Under the pieces are notes generated by a model. That model was given only the letters and a program-made list of their open reading frames with translations, was not told the origin of the DNA and made no database searches. A stretch of DNA of 64,000 nucleotides from NCBI GenBank assembly GCA_021825865.1, contig JAKAFU010000001.1:57444-121443 (forward strand), written 5' to 3'. Shown here in pieces: positions 48,596 to 59,267 of the stretch; position 1 is the first letter of the stretch; each line of letters starts with the position of its first letter. The DNA is from a bacterium. GTDB lineage: Bacteria; SZUA-79; Acidulodesulfobacterales; Acidulodesulfobacteraceae. The position numbers were made by a program, and so were the translations under genes.

Positions 48596-51500
48596 ATGAA
48601 TAGAGTCGTAAAATCCAGAGCATTTGCCGCAGGCATTCTGATTATTTTATTGTATATTGCCGCTTCTTTCGGAATTTATTGTTTAATCAATCATATAAAC
48701 GATAAGGCAAAGATTAATAATTCATTTTATAAAAAGACTCTATATCTTGCCAAAGACTTTTATTTCTTAAATTTATATTTAAAACAATACAAAAATATTA
48801 ATAATCGCCGCGCGCAATCCAACCGGCTCTCCAACCTGCGTAATACTGCACAAATAAATTCTAAATTGAATGGTGAACCGGACGCGAATACTGCTAATTT
48901 AATTTCTCAATTAAATTCTAAAGTCAATTCTAAAATATATTCGATAAATAAAAGTTTCCGATATTTATTTAAAAATTTGAAAAGCAGCGATAAATCTTTA
49001 TTAAAATTAATACATCCTGTTTTATACAGAGCTTTCATAGATTGGAAGAGTGAATCTCTGCCGGAATTAAAATTATTAGAAAAACAGAAGAATGTTAAAA
49101 ATATACCCATCGCACACCTATCTTTCATATTTTACCGCAATTCGCGGCTATTAAGAAAAGTATCGGATGCGTCAATGAAAAAAAATATGAATTATATAAG
49201 CGATTCCATGCATCTGCTGAGCCTGCTTCTTTTTATAAATTTCTTAATGGTAATTATTATAAGCCCTCTGTTTCTGTATTATATTATTAAGGTTAAAATT
49301 CAGGCGGAAGATAATGAAAAGTCGATTCAGTCGATATTTAGCCAGATGGTTAGCGGTCTGGTTCTTTTCAGGGACAAATTTATTTACGTAAATCCGGAAG
49401 GCGAGAAAATACTGGGATATTCGTCGGAAGAATTAAAAAATATGAATAATTGGGATATTATGTCATATGAATTTAAAGAAAGCGCAAAATCTAGATATGC
49501 CGAGGCTATTAAACATGAAGGCGAAAGGGGCGAATTTCTATATAAAATTATCGGCAAAAATAATGAAATAAAGTGGGTTCTTTTTCATTCCCTGACCATA
49601 AATTATAAAAATAAACCTACAAGATTAGCTAATTTTATAGATTTAACGGAACGGAAAAATGCGGAGGACAAAGTAAAAAATCTTACAAGACTTTATTCTA
49701 CCCTCAGCGAAATAAATCAGCTGCTTTTGAGGGTTGAAAATATTGACGATGTTTATGAAAATATATGCAGAATTGCTGTTGAAAAAGGTCAGTTTAAAAT
49801 GGCTTCATGCGGTTTTCCGGATGAGCGCAGCGGCAATAAGATAGTCGTTAAATTTTCTTACGGTTTTGTCGGAGACTATCTGGATGATTTTAACATATAT
49901 GCTGATGATGCAATGCCTGAAGGAAAAGGACCCGGAGCTGCGGCTTTCAGAGAGGACAGAATTGTAATCAATAATGATACGGAAAACAATCCGATGATGA
50001 TTCCGTGGAGAGATAAAGCCCTAAAAATGGGTTTTTTATCCAGTGCAAGCATGCCGTTAAAACAGCAAAATAAAATAATCGGGATATTTAATTTATATGC
50101 CGGAGAAAAAGATTTTTTTGACGATAGAGAGATTGCCCTGTTAGAAGAATTAATGAAAGATATTTCTTTTATGATAAATAAAATTGATTTGGAAAAAGAA
50201 ATTAATTTTATTTCATTTTACGACGCTCTTACAAAACTTCCCAACAGAAATTTTTTCATAGAAAGCGTAAATAATTTTCTGGAAAGAATAGAAGGCCGCC
50301 CTGCAGCCATAATCTTGCTTGATTTTTATAAATTGTCGTATATTAATAATACATTCGGTTACGGCGCCGGAGACGAACTGCTTGTCAAGACCGCTGAAGT
50401 GCTAAAAGATGCCTTTATCCCCACCGATATAATTTCAAGAATAGGCGGGGATGAATTTGCAGTATTCATAAGCAATTTAAGCGATAAGGATTCAGCAGTG
50501 CAGTTTATTGACAAAATAAAGCAGTGTTTTAAAGATGAAATAACTATCGGTACTCACAAATTTAATATTTCTTATAATATAGGAGTATCAATTTATCCTG
50601 ATGACGGAATTACGGCAAATGACCTTTTAAAATCTGCCGATATTGCTCTGTCAAACGCAAAAACTCAGGGTGAAAACGATTATGAATTTTTTATCTCCTC
50701 CATGAATATAAAAGCCTCTGAATTTTTAATGATGAAAAAACACCTTACGGATGCGTTCATTAATAAAGAATTTGTCGTGTATTACCAGCCGTATTTTAAG
50801 GTGGATAAATTATATAAATTAAACAGATTAAATAAGGCTAATGATTATAGCGCAATAGATATAAACAATATTGCTCTGTTAAATCCTGTTATACAAGGCA
50901 TGGAAGCGCTTATGCGCTGGAACAGTCCTGATTTAGGTCTTGTTTCGCCGGTAAAATTTATTCCTCTACTTGAAGAAATGGGTTTAATAAGGCAGCTCGA
51001 AGAATTTCTGATTGAAGCGGTATGCAGCGATTTGCAAAACTGGAAAAAAATGAACTTAAATGTAGTTCCCGTTTCTATAAATATTTCCCCAGTAAGTTTT
51101 GACTATGAAGTAAAATGGTACTGCAATCCCGAATTGCTTAACAATTCGGCGCATATTTTTGAAGGCGGGAAATTAAGTTTGGCGGATACTATTTTTCAGA
51201 CTATAAACAGGCATGGTCTTGAATATTCTTTGATAAACATAGAAGTAACCGAGGGTTTATTTATCCATCATTTTGACTGTGCTCTGAAAATATTAAACAC
51301 ATTTAAAGAAAAAGGTATGAAAATATATATTGACGATTTCGGTACCGGATATTCCTCCTTGTCGTATATAAAAAATATCCCTGCCGATGTTATTAAGATA
51401 GATATTTCATTTATCAAAAGCATGATGGAAAATCAGAAAGTTTTTGCAATCGTCAATACCATTGTGGAACTTTCCGCAAGATTAGGTATGGAAACTATAA

Positions 51501-51619
51501 GCGAAGGCGTTGAAACAGTTGAACAGCTTGTAAAATTGCAATCTCTCGGCGCAAATATGGTTCAGGGATATCTTTTCTCAAAGCCTGTTTCTGAGACAGA
51601 GATACGCAAAATGCTTTAA
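48596..51619 (+). CDS. Membrane-anchored PAS-GAF-GGDEF-EAL signalling protein (c-di-GMP turnover)
   Basis: 1007 aa. N-terminal TM, periplasmic-like region and second TM. PAS (..VLFRDKFIYVNPEGEKILGYS..), then GAF. GGDEF ..ISRIGGDEFAV... EAL ..GMEALMRW.., ..DDFGTGYSSLSYI.., ..KIDISFI.., ..EGVET...QG... Confidence 0.9.
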   Translation: MNRVVKSRAFAAGILIILLYIAASFGIYCLINHINDKAKINNSFYKKTLYLAKDFYFLNLYLKQYKNINNRRAQSNRLSNLRNTAQINSKLNGEPDANTANLISQLNSKVNSKIYSINKSFRYLFKNLKSSDKSLLKLIHPVLYRAFIDWKSESLPELKLLEKQKNVKNIPIAHLSFIFYRNSRLLRKVSDASMKKNMNYISDSMHLLSLLLFINFLMVIIISPLFLYYIIKVKIQAEDNEKSIQSIFSQMVSGLVLFRDKFIYVNPEGEKILGYSSEELKNMNNWDIMSYEFKESAKSRYAEAIKHEGERGEFLYKIIGKNNEIKWVLFHSLTINYKNKPTRLANFIDLTERKNAEDKVKNLTRLYSTLSEINQLLLRVENIDDVYENICRIAVEKGQFKMASCGFPDERSGNKIVVKFSYGFVGDYLDDFNIYADDAMPEGKGPGAAAFREDRIVINNDTENNPMMIPWRDKALKMGFLSSASMPLKQQNKIIGIFNLYAGEKDFFDDREIALLEELMKDISFMINKIDLEKEINFISFYDALTKLPNRNFFIESVNNFLERIEGRPAAIILLDFYKLSYINNTFGYGAGDELLVKTAEVLKDAFIPTDIISRIGGDEFAVFISNLSDKDSAVQFIDKIKQCFKDEITIGTHKFNISYNIGVSIYPDDGITANDLLKSADIALSNAKTQGENDYEFFISSMNIKASEFLMMKKHLTDAFINKEFVVYYQPYFKVDKLYKLNRLNKANDYSAIDINNIALLNPVIQGMEALMRWNSPDLGLVSPVKFIPLLEEMGLIRQLEEFLIEAVCSDLQNWKKMNLNVVPVSINISPVSFDYEVKWYCNPELLNNSAHIFEGGKLSLADTIFQTINRHGLEYSLINIEVTEGLFIHHFDCALKILNTFKEKGMKIYIDDFGTGYSSLSYIKNIPADVIKIDISFIKSMMENQKVFAIVNTIVELSARLGMETISEGVETVEQLVKLQSLGANMVQGYLFSKPVSETEIRKML

Positions 51620-52230
51620 AAGATATAAAAAAACTTAAAATATTCATTTTTTATTTTTTGATTTATTGTAATTTTTTAAAAAAAACTCTTTTAATGGGTT
51701 AAAATTGGTTCATACAATTTATATCGGCAATTTTTTTTGCGGTGAGGGAATAACATTCTTGACATTTTTAAAATAATGGTTTAAAATTAATAATAAGTGA
51801 AATATAGCTTAAGTTCTATAGTATTTATTATTTTATTCTTATTTTGCTCAAAACGTTTGTATCTGTGGCAATATTCCGTTTTATGTATTAATTTATTGAT
51901 TATTTATTTTAATAAATTGATAATTTGATGCAGACTAATTTATCGTATTATTCATACGCAGTGTGTATATTTTTATTTTCGCCTATAGTTTATCTTTATT
52001 ATATTTTAAATATAAAATATAAAAAAGTGATGAAGGCAGCCTTTATTTACCTGGATTTTTATTTATCTTCTTCAGTAAAGTCAGTAAAAAATTAAATTTT
52101 CCTTACTTTTTGATTGACTAACTAAACTTATTATCTAAATTAAAATGCAAAATGTACGATGTGCCAGAGAAACATTTGCAATCAAAAAAGATTAACTGTT
52201 TAAACATATCTTTAGTATAAAAAAGAGCAT

Positions 52231-53655
52231 ATGAAAAAATTTAAAAAAGTATTAATAGCCAACAGGGGTGAAATAGCTTCCCGTGTTATAAGAGCATGCA
52301 AAGAGCTTGGTATTAAGACGGTTGCAATTTATTCCGAAGCCGATTCGCAGGCTTTGCACGTTAAAAAAGCAGACGAGGCATATCTTGTCGGACCTGGTCC
52401 TATTTCAGGGTATTTAAATGTCAATAGAATAGTTGATCTTGCAGTCAATATAGGAGTCGATGCGATACACCCAGGCTACGGTTTTTTGTCGGAAAACGCC
52501 AAATTTCCAGCATACTGTGAAAAAAGAGGAATTGTTTTTATAGGTCCGTCAGCCAAGTCTATCTCTATGATGGGCGATAAAATAGAATCAAAGAAACTTA
52601 TGCGTCAGGCAGGCGTGCCCGTTGTCGGAGGTTCTGAAGGCGGGGTCGAATCTGAGGAAGATGCATTGAATATTGCAAATAACACCGGGTATCCGGTAAT
52701 GATAAAAGCCTCCGCAGGCGGCGGCGGCAAAGGAATAAGAATTTGTTTTAACGACGATGACATCAAAAAAAATTTTTCGCTATCAAGGTCTGAAGCTGAA
52801 AAAGCTTTCGGAAATCCTGAAGTTTTTATTGAAAAATACATAGATAAGCCTCATCACATAGAATTTCAAATTCTTGCGGATAATTACGGCAATATAATAC
52901 ATCTCGGCGAAAGAGATTGTTCTATTCAAAGAAAACATCAGAAACTTATCGAGATTGCGCCTTCTCTCATATTAACCGAAGAGTTAAGGAAAAAAATGGG
53001 CGAGTCTGCCATTGCTGCGGCTAAAGCCTGTGATTACAGAAATGCCGGAACCATAGAATATATTATGGATAAAAACGGCAATTATTATTTCATGGAGATG
53101 AACACCAGAATTCAGGTTGAACATCCTGTTACCGAAATGATTACAGGGGTAGATATAGTAGGAGAGCAGATCCAAATTGCGATGGGCAAAGAATTAGATA
53201 TTAAACAGGAAGACGTTGTATTAAGGGGCTATGCTATAGAATGCAGAATTAATGCTGAAAATCCGAGAAAAGATTTTGCTCCCAGCACTGGGAAGATTAC
53301 GGCGTACTACTCGCCCGGAGGCATCGGAGTCAGGATAGACGGGTCGGTATATAAAGACTACGTTTTGCCGCCTTATTACGATTCAATGATTGCTAAAATG
53401 ACTGTTTACGGAAGAACATGGGACGAAACGGTAAGAAGAGCATCGAGAGCCCTGCAGGAATTTGTCGTAAAAGGCATAAAAACTACAATACCGTTTCAGT
53501 TAAAAATTATAGAAGACGAAGATTTTATAAAAGGAAATTTTGATACTCATTTTATTGAAGAAAGACAATATTTAAGGGATTATAAGGTACAGCGCGATCC
53601 GTTTGACAGGATTCTTGCTATATCGGCTGCCATTGCAGCGTATTACGGTATATAA
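52231..53655 (+). CDS. Biotin carboxylase subunit (pyruvate carboxylase subunit A / AccC-type; 2-oxoglutarate carboxylase small subunit is an alternative)
   Basis: 474 aa. ..KVLIANRGEIA.., ATP-grasp ..MIKASAGGGGKGIR.., ..EMNTRIQVEHPVTE... Confidence 0.93.
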   Translation: MKKFKKVLIANRGEIASRVIRACKELGIKTVAIYSEADSQALHVKKADEAYLVGPGPISGYLNVNRIVDLAVNIGVDAIHPGYGFLSENAKFPAYCEKRGIVFIGPSAKSISMMGDKIESKKLMRQAGVPVVGGSEGGVESEEDALNIANNTGYPVMIKASAGGGGKGIRICFNDDDIKKNFSLSRSEAEKAFGNPEVFIEKYIDKPHHIEFQILADNYGNIIHLGERDCSIQRKHQKLIEIAPSLILTEELRKKMGESAIAAAKACDYRNAGTIEYIMDKNGNYYFMEMNTRIQVEHPVTEMITGVDIVGEQIQIAMGKELDIKQEDVVLRGYAIECRINAENPRKDFAPSTGKITAYYSPGGIGVRIDGSVYKDYVLPPYYDSMIAKMTVYGRTWDETVRRASRALQEFVVKGIKTTIPFQLKIIEDEDFIKGNFDTHFIEERQYLRDYKVQRDPFDRILAISAAIAAYYGI

Positions 53656-53840
53656 AACTTTCTTATGCCGTCGGATGTTAATTCATTGTTAATGGATTGA
53701 TAACAATAGTAAAAATTAAAATCATAAAAATAAATTAGTCGTTTTATTTTAATCTGATTAATTTTAAATTGTTCTGCTTGAAAATGATTAAAACAAATAA
53801 CTAAACTAAGTTAATTTATAAAAATAACGGGCGTAATATT

Positions 53841-55745
53841 ATGAATGAAAAAAAAGAAAATTATATCAGAAAAGTTGATTTTATGGAAGTCGCCTTAAGA
53901 GATGCGCATCAGTCGTTGCTGGCTACGAGAATGACCACTCCCGATATTTTGGGGATAGCTCCCGTCCTTGATACTATAGGGTTTTGGTCGTTAGAGGTGT
54001 GGGGAGGAGCGACTTTTGATTCATGTCTGAGATTTCTAAAAGAAGACCCGTGGGAAAGACTTAAAAAATTACGCAAATCTTACAAACATTCCCGTCTTCA
54101 AATGCTTTTAAGAGGACAGAATTTAGTAGGATACCGTCATTACGCCGACGATGTCGTAGAAAAATTTATAGATTTAAGCGTTAATAACGGAATAGATGTA
54201 TTCAGGATATTTGATTCGCTGAATGATTTCAGAAATATCAGAAAATCAATGGAAGCCGTAAAAAAAAGAAAAAAGATAGCGGAAGCGACAATATGCTATA
54301 CGACCAGCCCTGTTCACACAAATGAATTATTTACTGAAATGGCGGTGGAACTTGCAGAAATGGGAGCCGATACAATAGCCATTAAAGATATGGCGGGTTT
54401 GCTTTCCCCGATAAAAGCCTATGAACTTGTATCTATGATTAAAAAAGTCGTAAATTTACCTATCCATGTTCATTCGCATTCAACAAGCGGTTTTGCTTCA
54501 ATGGCATTGTTAAAAGCAGTTGAAGGCGGGGCGGATATCATAGATACCGCAATATCGTCAATGTGCTGCGGAACGTCCCATCCGCCGACGGAATCCATGG
54601 TATTTACTTTATCGGAAATGGGTTACGATGTCGACCTTGACCTTGAAAAACTTAAGGAAGTTGCCGATTATTTTAGAAAAGTAAGAAAAAAATATAAAGT
54701 TTTTGAGAGTGAATATACGGGTCTTAATGCCGATGTGCTTGTTACTCAGGTTCCGGGCGGAATGATGTCGAATCTTGCAAATCAGCTTAAAGAACAAAAT
54801 GCGCTTGATAAAATGGATGAAGTTTTATACGAAGTGCCCCAGGTGCGTGAAGATTTAGGATATCCTCCTTTAGTAACGCCGACTTCGCAGATTATCGGAA
54901 CTCAGGCAGCTCTTAACGTAATAACCGGAGAAAAATATAAAGTTATAACAAGCGAGACGAAAAATTATCTAAAGGGTTTTTACGGCAAAGCGCCGGCTGC
55001 AATAAACGAAGATGTAAGAAAAAGGGCTTTAGGCAATGAAGAATTTATAACCGTAAGACCGGCTGACCTCCTAGAACCTGAATTGGGACAGAATATAGAC
55101 AAAATTAAAGAATTTATAACCGGCGACGAAGATATTATGAGCTATATATTATTTCCGCAGATTTCCATTGAATTTTTTCAAGACAGAAAAGACGGAAAAT
55201 TGCCGGATTATACAATTCAAACAGACGGTATGGAATTTGCCGCTGATATGTCAGGAGGGTTAGTGCTTTCCGATGAATTTGTGGAAGCGGAAAAATTTAG
55301 AGACGGCGATCTTGTGCCGAGTGAATTTATTGTTACCGTGCACGGCGAAAATTATAAAATAAAAGTTGCGGGCGTAGGGCATAAATCTGACCAGAAAAGA
55401 CCGTTCTTTTTAAATGTAGACGGAACAATGGAAGAAGTAACAATTGAGTCGCTTACGGAAATCGTCCCGAGCTACGGAGGCGAAATAGTCGGCGAAAATG
55501 TCGCCAGGTCAAAACGTCCTTCGCCTAAAAGAGAGGGAGATGTCTATGCTCCGATGCCCGGCAGAATTACAAAATTATTGGTAAAAAAAGGCGACACCGT
55601 AAGTGCGGGTGATACCGTGCTTATAGTTGAAGCTATGAAAATGGAAAATGAAATTCATACGCCCATAGACGGTGTTATCAAGGAAGTATATGTTAAAGAA
55701 GGCGATATGGCGAACCCTGACGAGACGCTTATATACGTTGAGTAG
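53841..55745 (+). CDS. Carboxyltransferase plus biotinyl-carrier subunit (pyruvate carboxylase subunit B / OadA-like)
   Basis: 634 aa. ..ALRDAHQSLLATR.., ..EVWGGATFD.., ..HVHSHSTSG.., and C-terminal biotinylation motif ..VEAMKMENEI... Confidence 0.9.
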   Translation: MNEKKENYIRKVDFMEVALRDAHQSLLATRMTTPDILGIAPVLDTIGFWSLEVWGGATFDSCLRFLKEDPWERLKKLRKSYKHSRLQMLLRGQNLVGYRHYADDVVEKFIDLSVNNGIDVFRIFDSLNDFRNIRKSMEAVKKRKKIAEATICYTTSPVHTNELFTEMAVELAEMGADTIAIKDMAGLLSPIKAYELVSMIKKVVNLPIHVHSHSTSGFASMALLKAVEGGADIIDTAISSMCCGTSHPPTESMVFTLSEMGYDVDLDLEKLKEVADYFRKVRKKYKVFESEYTGLNADVLVTQVPGGMMSNLANQLKEQNALDKMDEVLYEVPQVREDLGYPPLVTPTSQIIGTQAALNVITGEKYKVITSETKNYLKGFYGKAPAAINEDVRKRALGNEEFITVRPADLLEPELGQNIDKIKEFITGDEDIMSYILFPQISIEFFQDRKDGKLPDYTIQTDGMEFAADMSGGLVLSDEFVEAEKFRDGDLVPSEFIVTVHGENYKIKVAGVGHKSDQKRPFFLNVDGTMEEVTIESLTEIVPSYGGEIVGENVARSKRPSPKREGDVYAPMPGRITKLLVKKGDTVSAGDTVLIVEAMKMENEIHTPIDGVIKEVYVKEGDMANPDETLIYVE

Positions 55746-55806
55746 ATTTTGCAGTATAATAATATAAAAATGATTGATTAATATTAAAATTTAGAAGGTG
55801 GTTTAA

Positions 55807-56625
55807 TTGACGGTACGTAATCCGGCGGTGGCGGGTTCTTTTTATCCTGCAGATATAAATCAGACAAATGAGCTTATAAAATCTTTTAATGTGAGTATTC
55901 CGGAAAATAAAATAAATGCTTTCGGAATAGTTTCTCCGCATGCAGGGTATGTTTATTCAGGAAAGACGGCTTTTATGGGGTTTTCTTCTATTAACATTAA
56001 AAAAAATATAATAATTATAGGCCCTAATCATACCGGTTTAGGCGCTGCTTTCTCTGTTATGAATGAAGGAAATTATAATTTTGGTTCATTTAATGTGCCG
56101 ATTAATTCCGCTCTTGCAGATGAAATTATTAACCAGACAGACAGTCCTTTCCGGCATGACGATAAAGCACAGATGAAAGAACATTCGCTTGAAGTGCAGA
56201 TTCCGCTGATTCATTATTTTATGTCGGATTTTTCAATAGTTCCGCTTGTCATATCGTATGTCAGATATAACGACGTAATAAAAGCCGCTAAAGCTATTTA
56301 TAACGCCATTGTAAAATTGGACTTGCTTGACGACGTTCTTGTGGTAGCAAGTTCTGACATGACTCATTACGAAAGCGCCGAAGAGGCTAAGATGAAAGAT
56401 TCTATAGCTATAAACGAAATTCTTCGGCTGGATTCCGAAGGTCTTTATAACAAAGTTATAAATAATAATATTTCTATGTGCGGTTTTATTCCTGTTTCAA
56501 TTATGCTGCTAATCGCAAAAATGGCAGGGAAAAATAGCGCAAAATTAATTAATTATACAAACTCCGGAGAGGCTTCGGGGGATTATTCAAGCGTTGTAGG
56601 TTATTCTTCTATTGTAGTATATTAA
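55807..56625 (+). CDS. MEMO1-family protein (AmmeMemoRadiSam system protein B)
   Basis: 272 aa. TTG start behind RBS GAAGGTGG. ..RNPAVAGSFYPA.., ..VSPHAGYVYSG.., ..GPNHTG.., ..SSDMTHY... Confidence 0.8.
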   Translation: MTVRNPAVAGSFYPADINQTNELIKSFNVSIPENKINAFGIVSPHAGYVYSGKTAFMGFSSINIKKNIIIIGPNHTGLGAAFSVMNEGNYNFGSFNVPINSALADEIINQTDSPFRHDDKAQMKEHSLEVQIPLIHYFMSDFSIVPLVISYVRYNDVIKAAKAIYNAIVKLDLLDDVLVVASSDMTHYESAEEAKMKDSIAINEILRLDSEGLYNKVINNNISMCGFIPVSIMLLIAKMAGKNSAKLINYTNSGEASGDYSSVVGYSSIVVY

Positions 56626-56767
56626 TAATCAAAATGCATAATTTGCCGCGTATTATAAACCAATAAAATGTAAGGCAGGTCATGTAATTTTTTTTGCGTT
56701 TTAAATAATAACTTATAAAAATATATATAGCCGTATATACAATAATAATATATTATATGGTAACAAT

Positions 56768-58342
56768 ATGGTAAAAACAAGATTTGCGCCGAGTCCGACG
56801 GGATATCTGCATATCGGCGGAGCCCGGACTGCACTGTTTAATTATATATATGCCAAACATTTCGGCGGCAGATTTATTTTAAGAATTGAAGATACAGACT
56901 TAGAGCGGTCTTTAAAAGCGTATGAAGAAGATATCATTAAAAGTATGCAGTGGCTTGGACTGGTGTCCGACGAACCTGTTCTGTACCAATCTCAGAGATT
57001 AGATATATACAAAGAATATTGCAAAAAACTTTTAGATGAAGGTAAAGCCTACAACTGCTACTGTACTGCAGAATCCCTCGAAGAAGATAAAAACAAACTT
57101 ATAGCAGAAGGCAAAAAACCGATGTACTCAGGAAAGTGCCGTAACTTATCTGATGAAGAACAGAATCTAAATTTACCGCATGTAGTGAGATTTAAAACAG
57201 ACAGAAGCGGCGGCGGTAAGTTTACCAAATTTAAAGACCTGATACGGGACCAGTCTGTTTCTGTCAATCACAGTGAAATTGACGATTTTGTTATTATGCG
57301 GACAGACGGGATTCCTACATATAATTTCGCCGTTGTTATAGACGACGCCCTTATGGGCATTACACACATTATAAGAGGAGACGACCATTTAAGCAACACC
57401 CCTAAGCAGGTATTGCTTTACGAAGCTCTTGGATTTGAGCCTCCTGCATTTGCCCATGTTTCAATGATTCTAGGAAATGACGGCAAAAGACTGTCTAAAA
57501 GACACGGAGCGACGGCAGTTACGCAATATAAAAATGACGGCTTTTTACCCGAAGCTCTTATAAATTATCTCGTAAGATTAGGCTGGTCTCACGGCAACGA
57601 TGAAATATTGTCCCTTGACGAGATGATACAATATTTTGATTTAAAACATATAAGCAAATCCGCAGGCGTATTTAATAAAGAAAAATTATTATGGCTTAAT
57701 GCCCATTATATAAAACAAAAAACGGCTGAGGAATTAGTAAGTCTGATAAATGATATCAATATAAATAACATAAATAATGAAAATAATAACAATAACGGTG
57801 AAAAAGATAAAATAATCCAATACGGCGAAAATGTTGCGGTTTTAATAGACGCTTTAAAGCCAAGAACAAAAACATTGGTTGAAATAAAAGAAAAAATGGG
57901 TTTTTATTTAAATGAAGGCAATATTTCTTATGATAAGAACCTGCTCAGTGAAATAGACAAATTTAAACTAAATGAGTCAGATAATAATGAATATGATGCT
58001 CATTCGGAACATAAAGAATCTGCTGCGGATGAAGTTATATATTTTTTAAATCAATTAATGGATTTTGTCAAAAATTTGCAGTTAAACAGTCTAAACTTAA
58101 ATGGCGCAGGCTGCCTTAATTTTATAAAAGAATCTTTCGACGATTTTTTTTCTAAAAACAAATGGACGTTAAAACATAAAGCTATGTTAATAAGAATAGC
58201 GCTTACAGGAGAAAAAATAAGCCCCGGCATCTATGAAGTTATTTTTGCGCTGGGCGAAGCAAGAACTCTGAGCAGGATAAATGATTTTATAGAGTTTGTA
58301 AGGGAAAACAATGACAGAGATTGCAGTAAAGCAATAACATGA
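56768..58342 (+). CDS. gltX: Glutamyl-tRNA synthetase
   Basis: 524 aa. ..RFAPSPTGYLHIGGARTALFN.., ..RIEDTD.., ..RGDDHLSNTPKQ.., ..RLSKRHG... Asn-run insertion (..NINNINNENNNNNG..). Confidence 0.95.
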   Translation: MVKTRFAPSPTGYLHIGGARTALFNYIYAKHFGGRFILRIEDTDLERSLKAYEEDIIKSMQWLGLVSDEPVLYQSQRLDIYKEYCKKLLDEGKAYNCYCTAESLEEDKNKLIAEGKKPMYSGKCRNLSDEEQNLNLPHVVRFKTDRSGGGKFTKFKDLIRDQSVSVNHSEIDDFVIMRTDGIPTYNFAVVIDDALMGITHIIRGDDHLSNTPKQVLLYEALGFEPPAFAHVSMILGNDGKRLSKRHGATAVTQYKNDGFLPEALINYLVRLGWSHGNDEILSLDEMIQYFDLKHISKSAGVFNKEKLLWLNAHYIKQKTAEELVSLINDININNINNENNNNNGEKDKIIQYGENVAVLIDALKPRTKTLVEIKEKMGFYLNEGNISYDKNLLSEIDKFKLNESDNNEYDAHSEHKESAADEVIYFLNQLMDFVKNLQLNSLNLNGAGCLNFIKESFDDFFSKNKWTLKHKAMLIRIALTGEKISPGIYEVIFALGEARTLSRINDFIEFVRENNDRDCSKAIT

Positions 58343-58432
58343 GCAATAATGAACAATTACCCGCTCTTATGGGCGGAGTTTTCCTGTAATATTTATAATA
58401 AATAAAAAATAAGAAGCGATGATAAAAGCATT

Positions 58433-59032
58433 ATGAAATTAATTTGCGGTATTGATGAGGTCGGCAGAGGATGTTTAGCCGGTCCTGTAATATCAGCCGC
58501 AATAATTATCGATAAAAAATTAATTCCATCCGGTATTAAAGACTCCAAATTATTAACCCCAGACAAAAGAGAATATTTTTTTGATTATTTAATGAAAAAT
58601 GCGACTTCCGTATCAATCGGTACGGCATCCAATGTTGAAATTGATGAAATTAATATATTAAATGCCGCATTGCTTTCTATGGAAAGAGCGTTTAATAATC
58701 TAACCGTAAAACCTGATGTAGTCATTATAGACGGTCCTTATATTCCTAAAGGGCTGAAAAATATGAATGCAATGGACACTGCTTCATCCCGCAATACTTC
58801 ATTTAAAGCGTTGTCAGTTATAAAGGCAGATATCAAAGTAAAATTAGTATCCTGCGCTTCTATTGCAGCAAAGGTTGTAAGGGATAGAATTATGATAGAA
58901 TATTACGATAAAAAATATCACGGATACGGTTTTAAAAATCATAAAGGATATGCAACAAAGGAACATAAAGAAAATATTATAAAATTAGGATTAACCGATA
59001 TACATAGAAAAACATTTAAATTTGACAGATAA
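58433..59032 (+). CDS. rnhB: Ribonuclease HII
   Basis: 199 aa. ..CGIDEVGRGCLAGPV.., ..DSKLLT..R.., ..ASIAAKVVRD... Confidence 0.93.
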   Translation: MKLICGIDEVGRGCLAGPVISAAIIIDKKLIPSGIKDSKLLTPDKREYFFDYLMKNATSVSIGTASNVEIDEINILNAALLSMERAFNNLTVKPDVVIIDGPYIPKGLKNMNAMDTASSRNTSFKALSVIKADIKVKLVSCASIAAKVVRDRIMIEYYDKKYHGYGFKNHKGYATKEHKENIIKLGLTDIHRKTFKFDR

Positions 59033-59069
59033 AAATTAACATACATAGAAAAACATTTAAATTTGACAG
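59000..59069 (+). repeat. 29-bp perfect direct repeat (period 41 bp) duplicating the 3' end of rnhB
   Basis: ATACATAGAAAAACATTTAAATTTGACAG occurs at 59000..59028 (coding ..IHRKTFKFDR) and again at 59041..59069, just past the stop. Confidence 0.85.
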
Positions 59070-59267
59070 GCAATAAATCCGTCTGTTTTCAATTCATCAT
59101 CATATTATCAGGTTATCAGATTTTAAGAAATATTATCGTAAATATGTTCTGATTATTATTATATTTTTGGAATAGTTATCACAAATATGTTTTAATTAAT
59201 TTATCTATGAATTATAATATTAAAAAAGATTAACGGTAAATTAACGAAATAATATTTATGAAATAAA

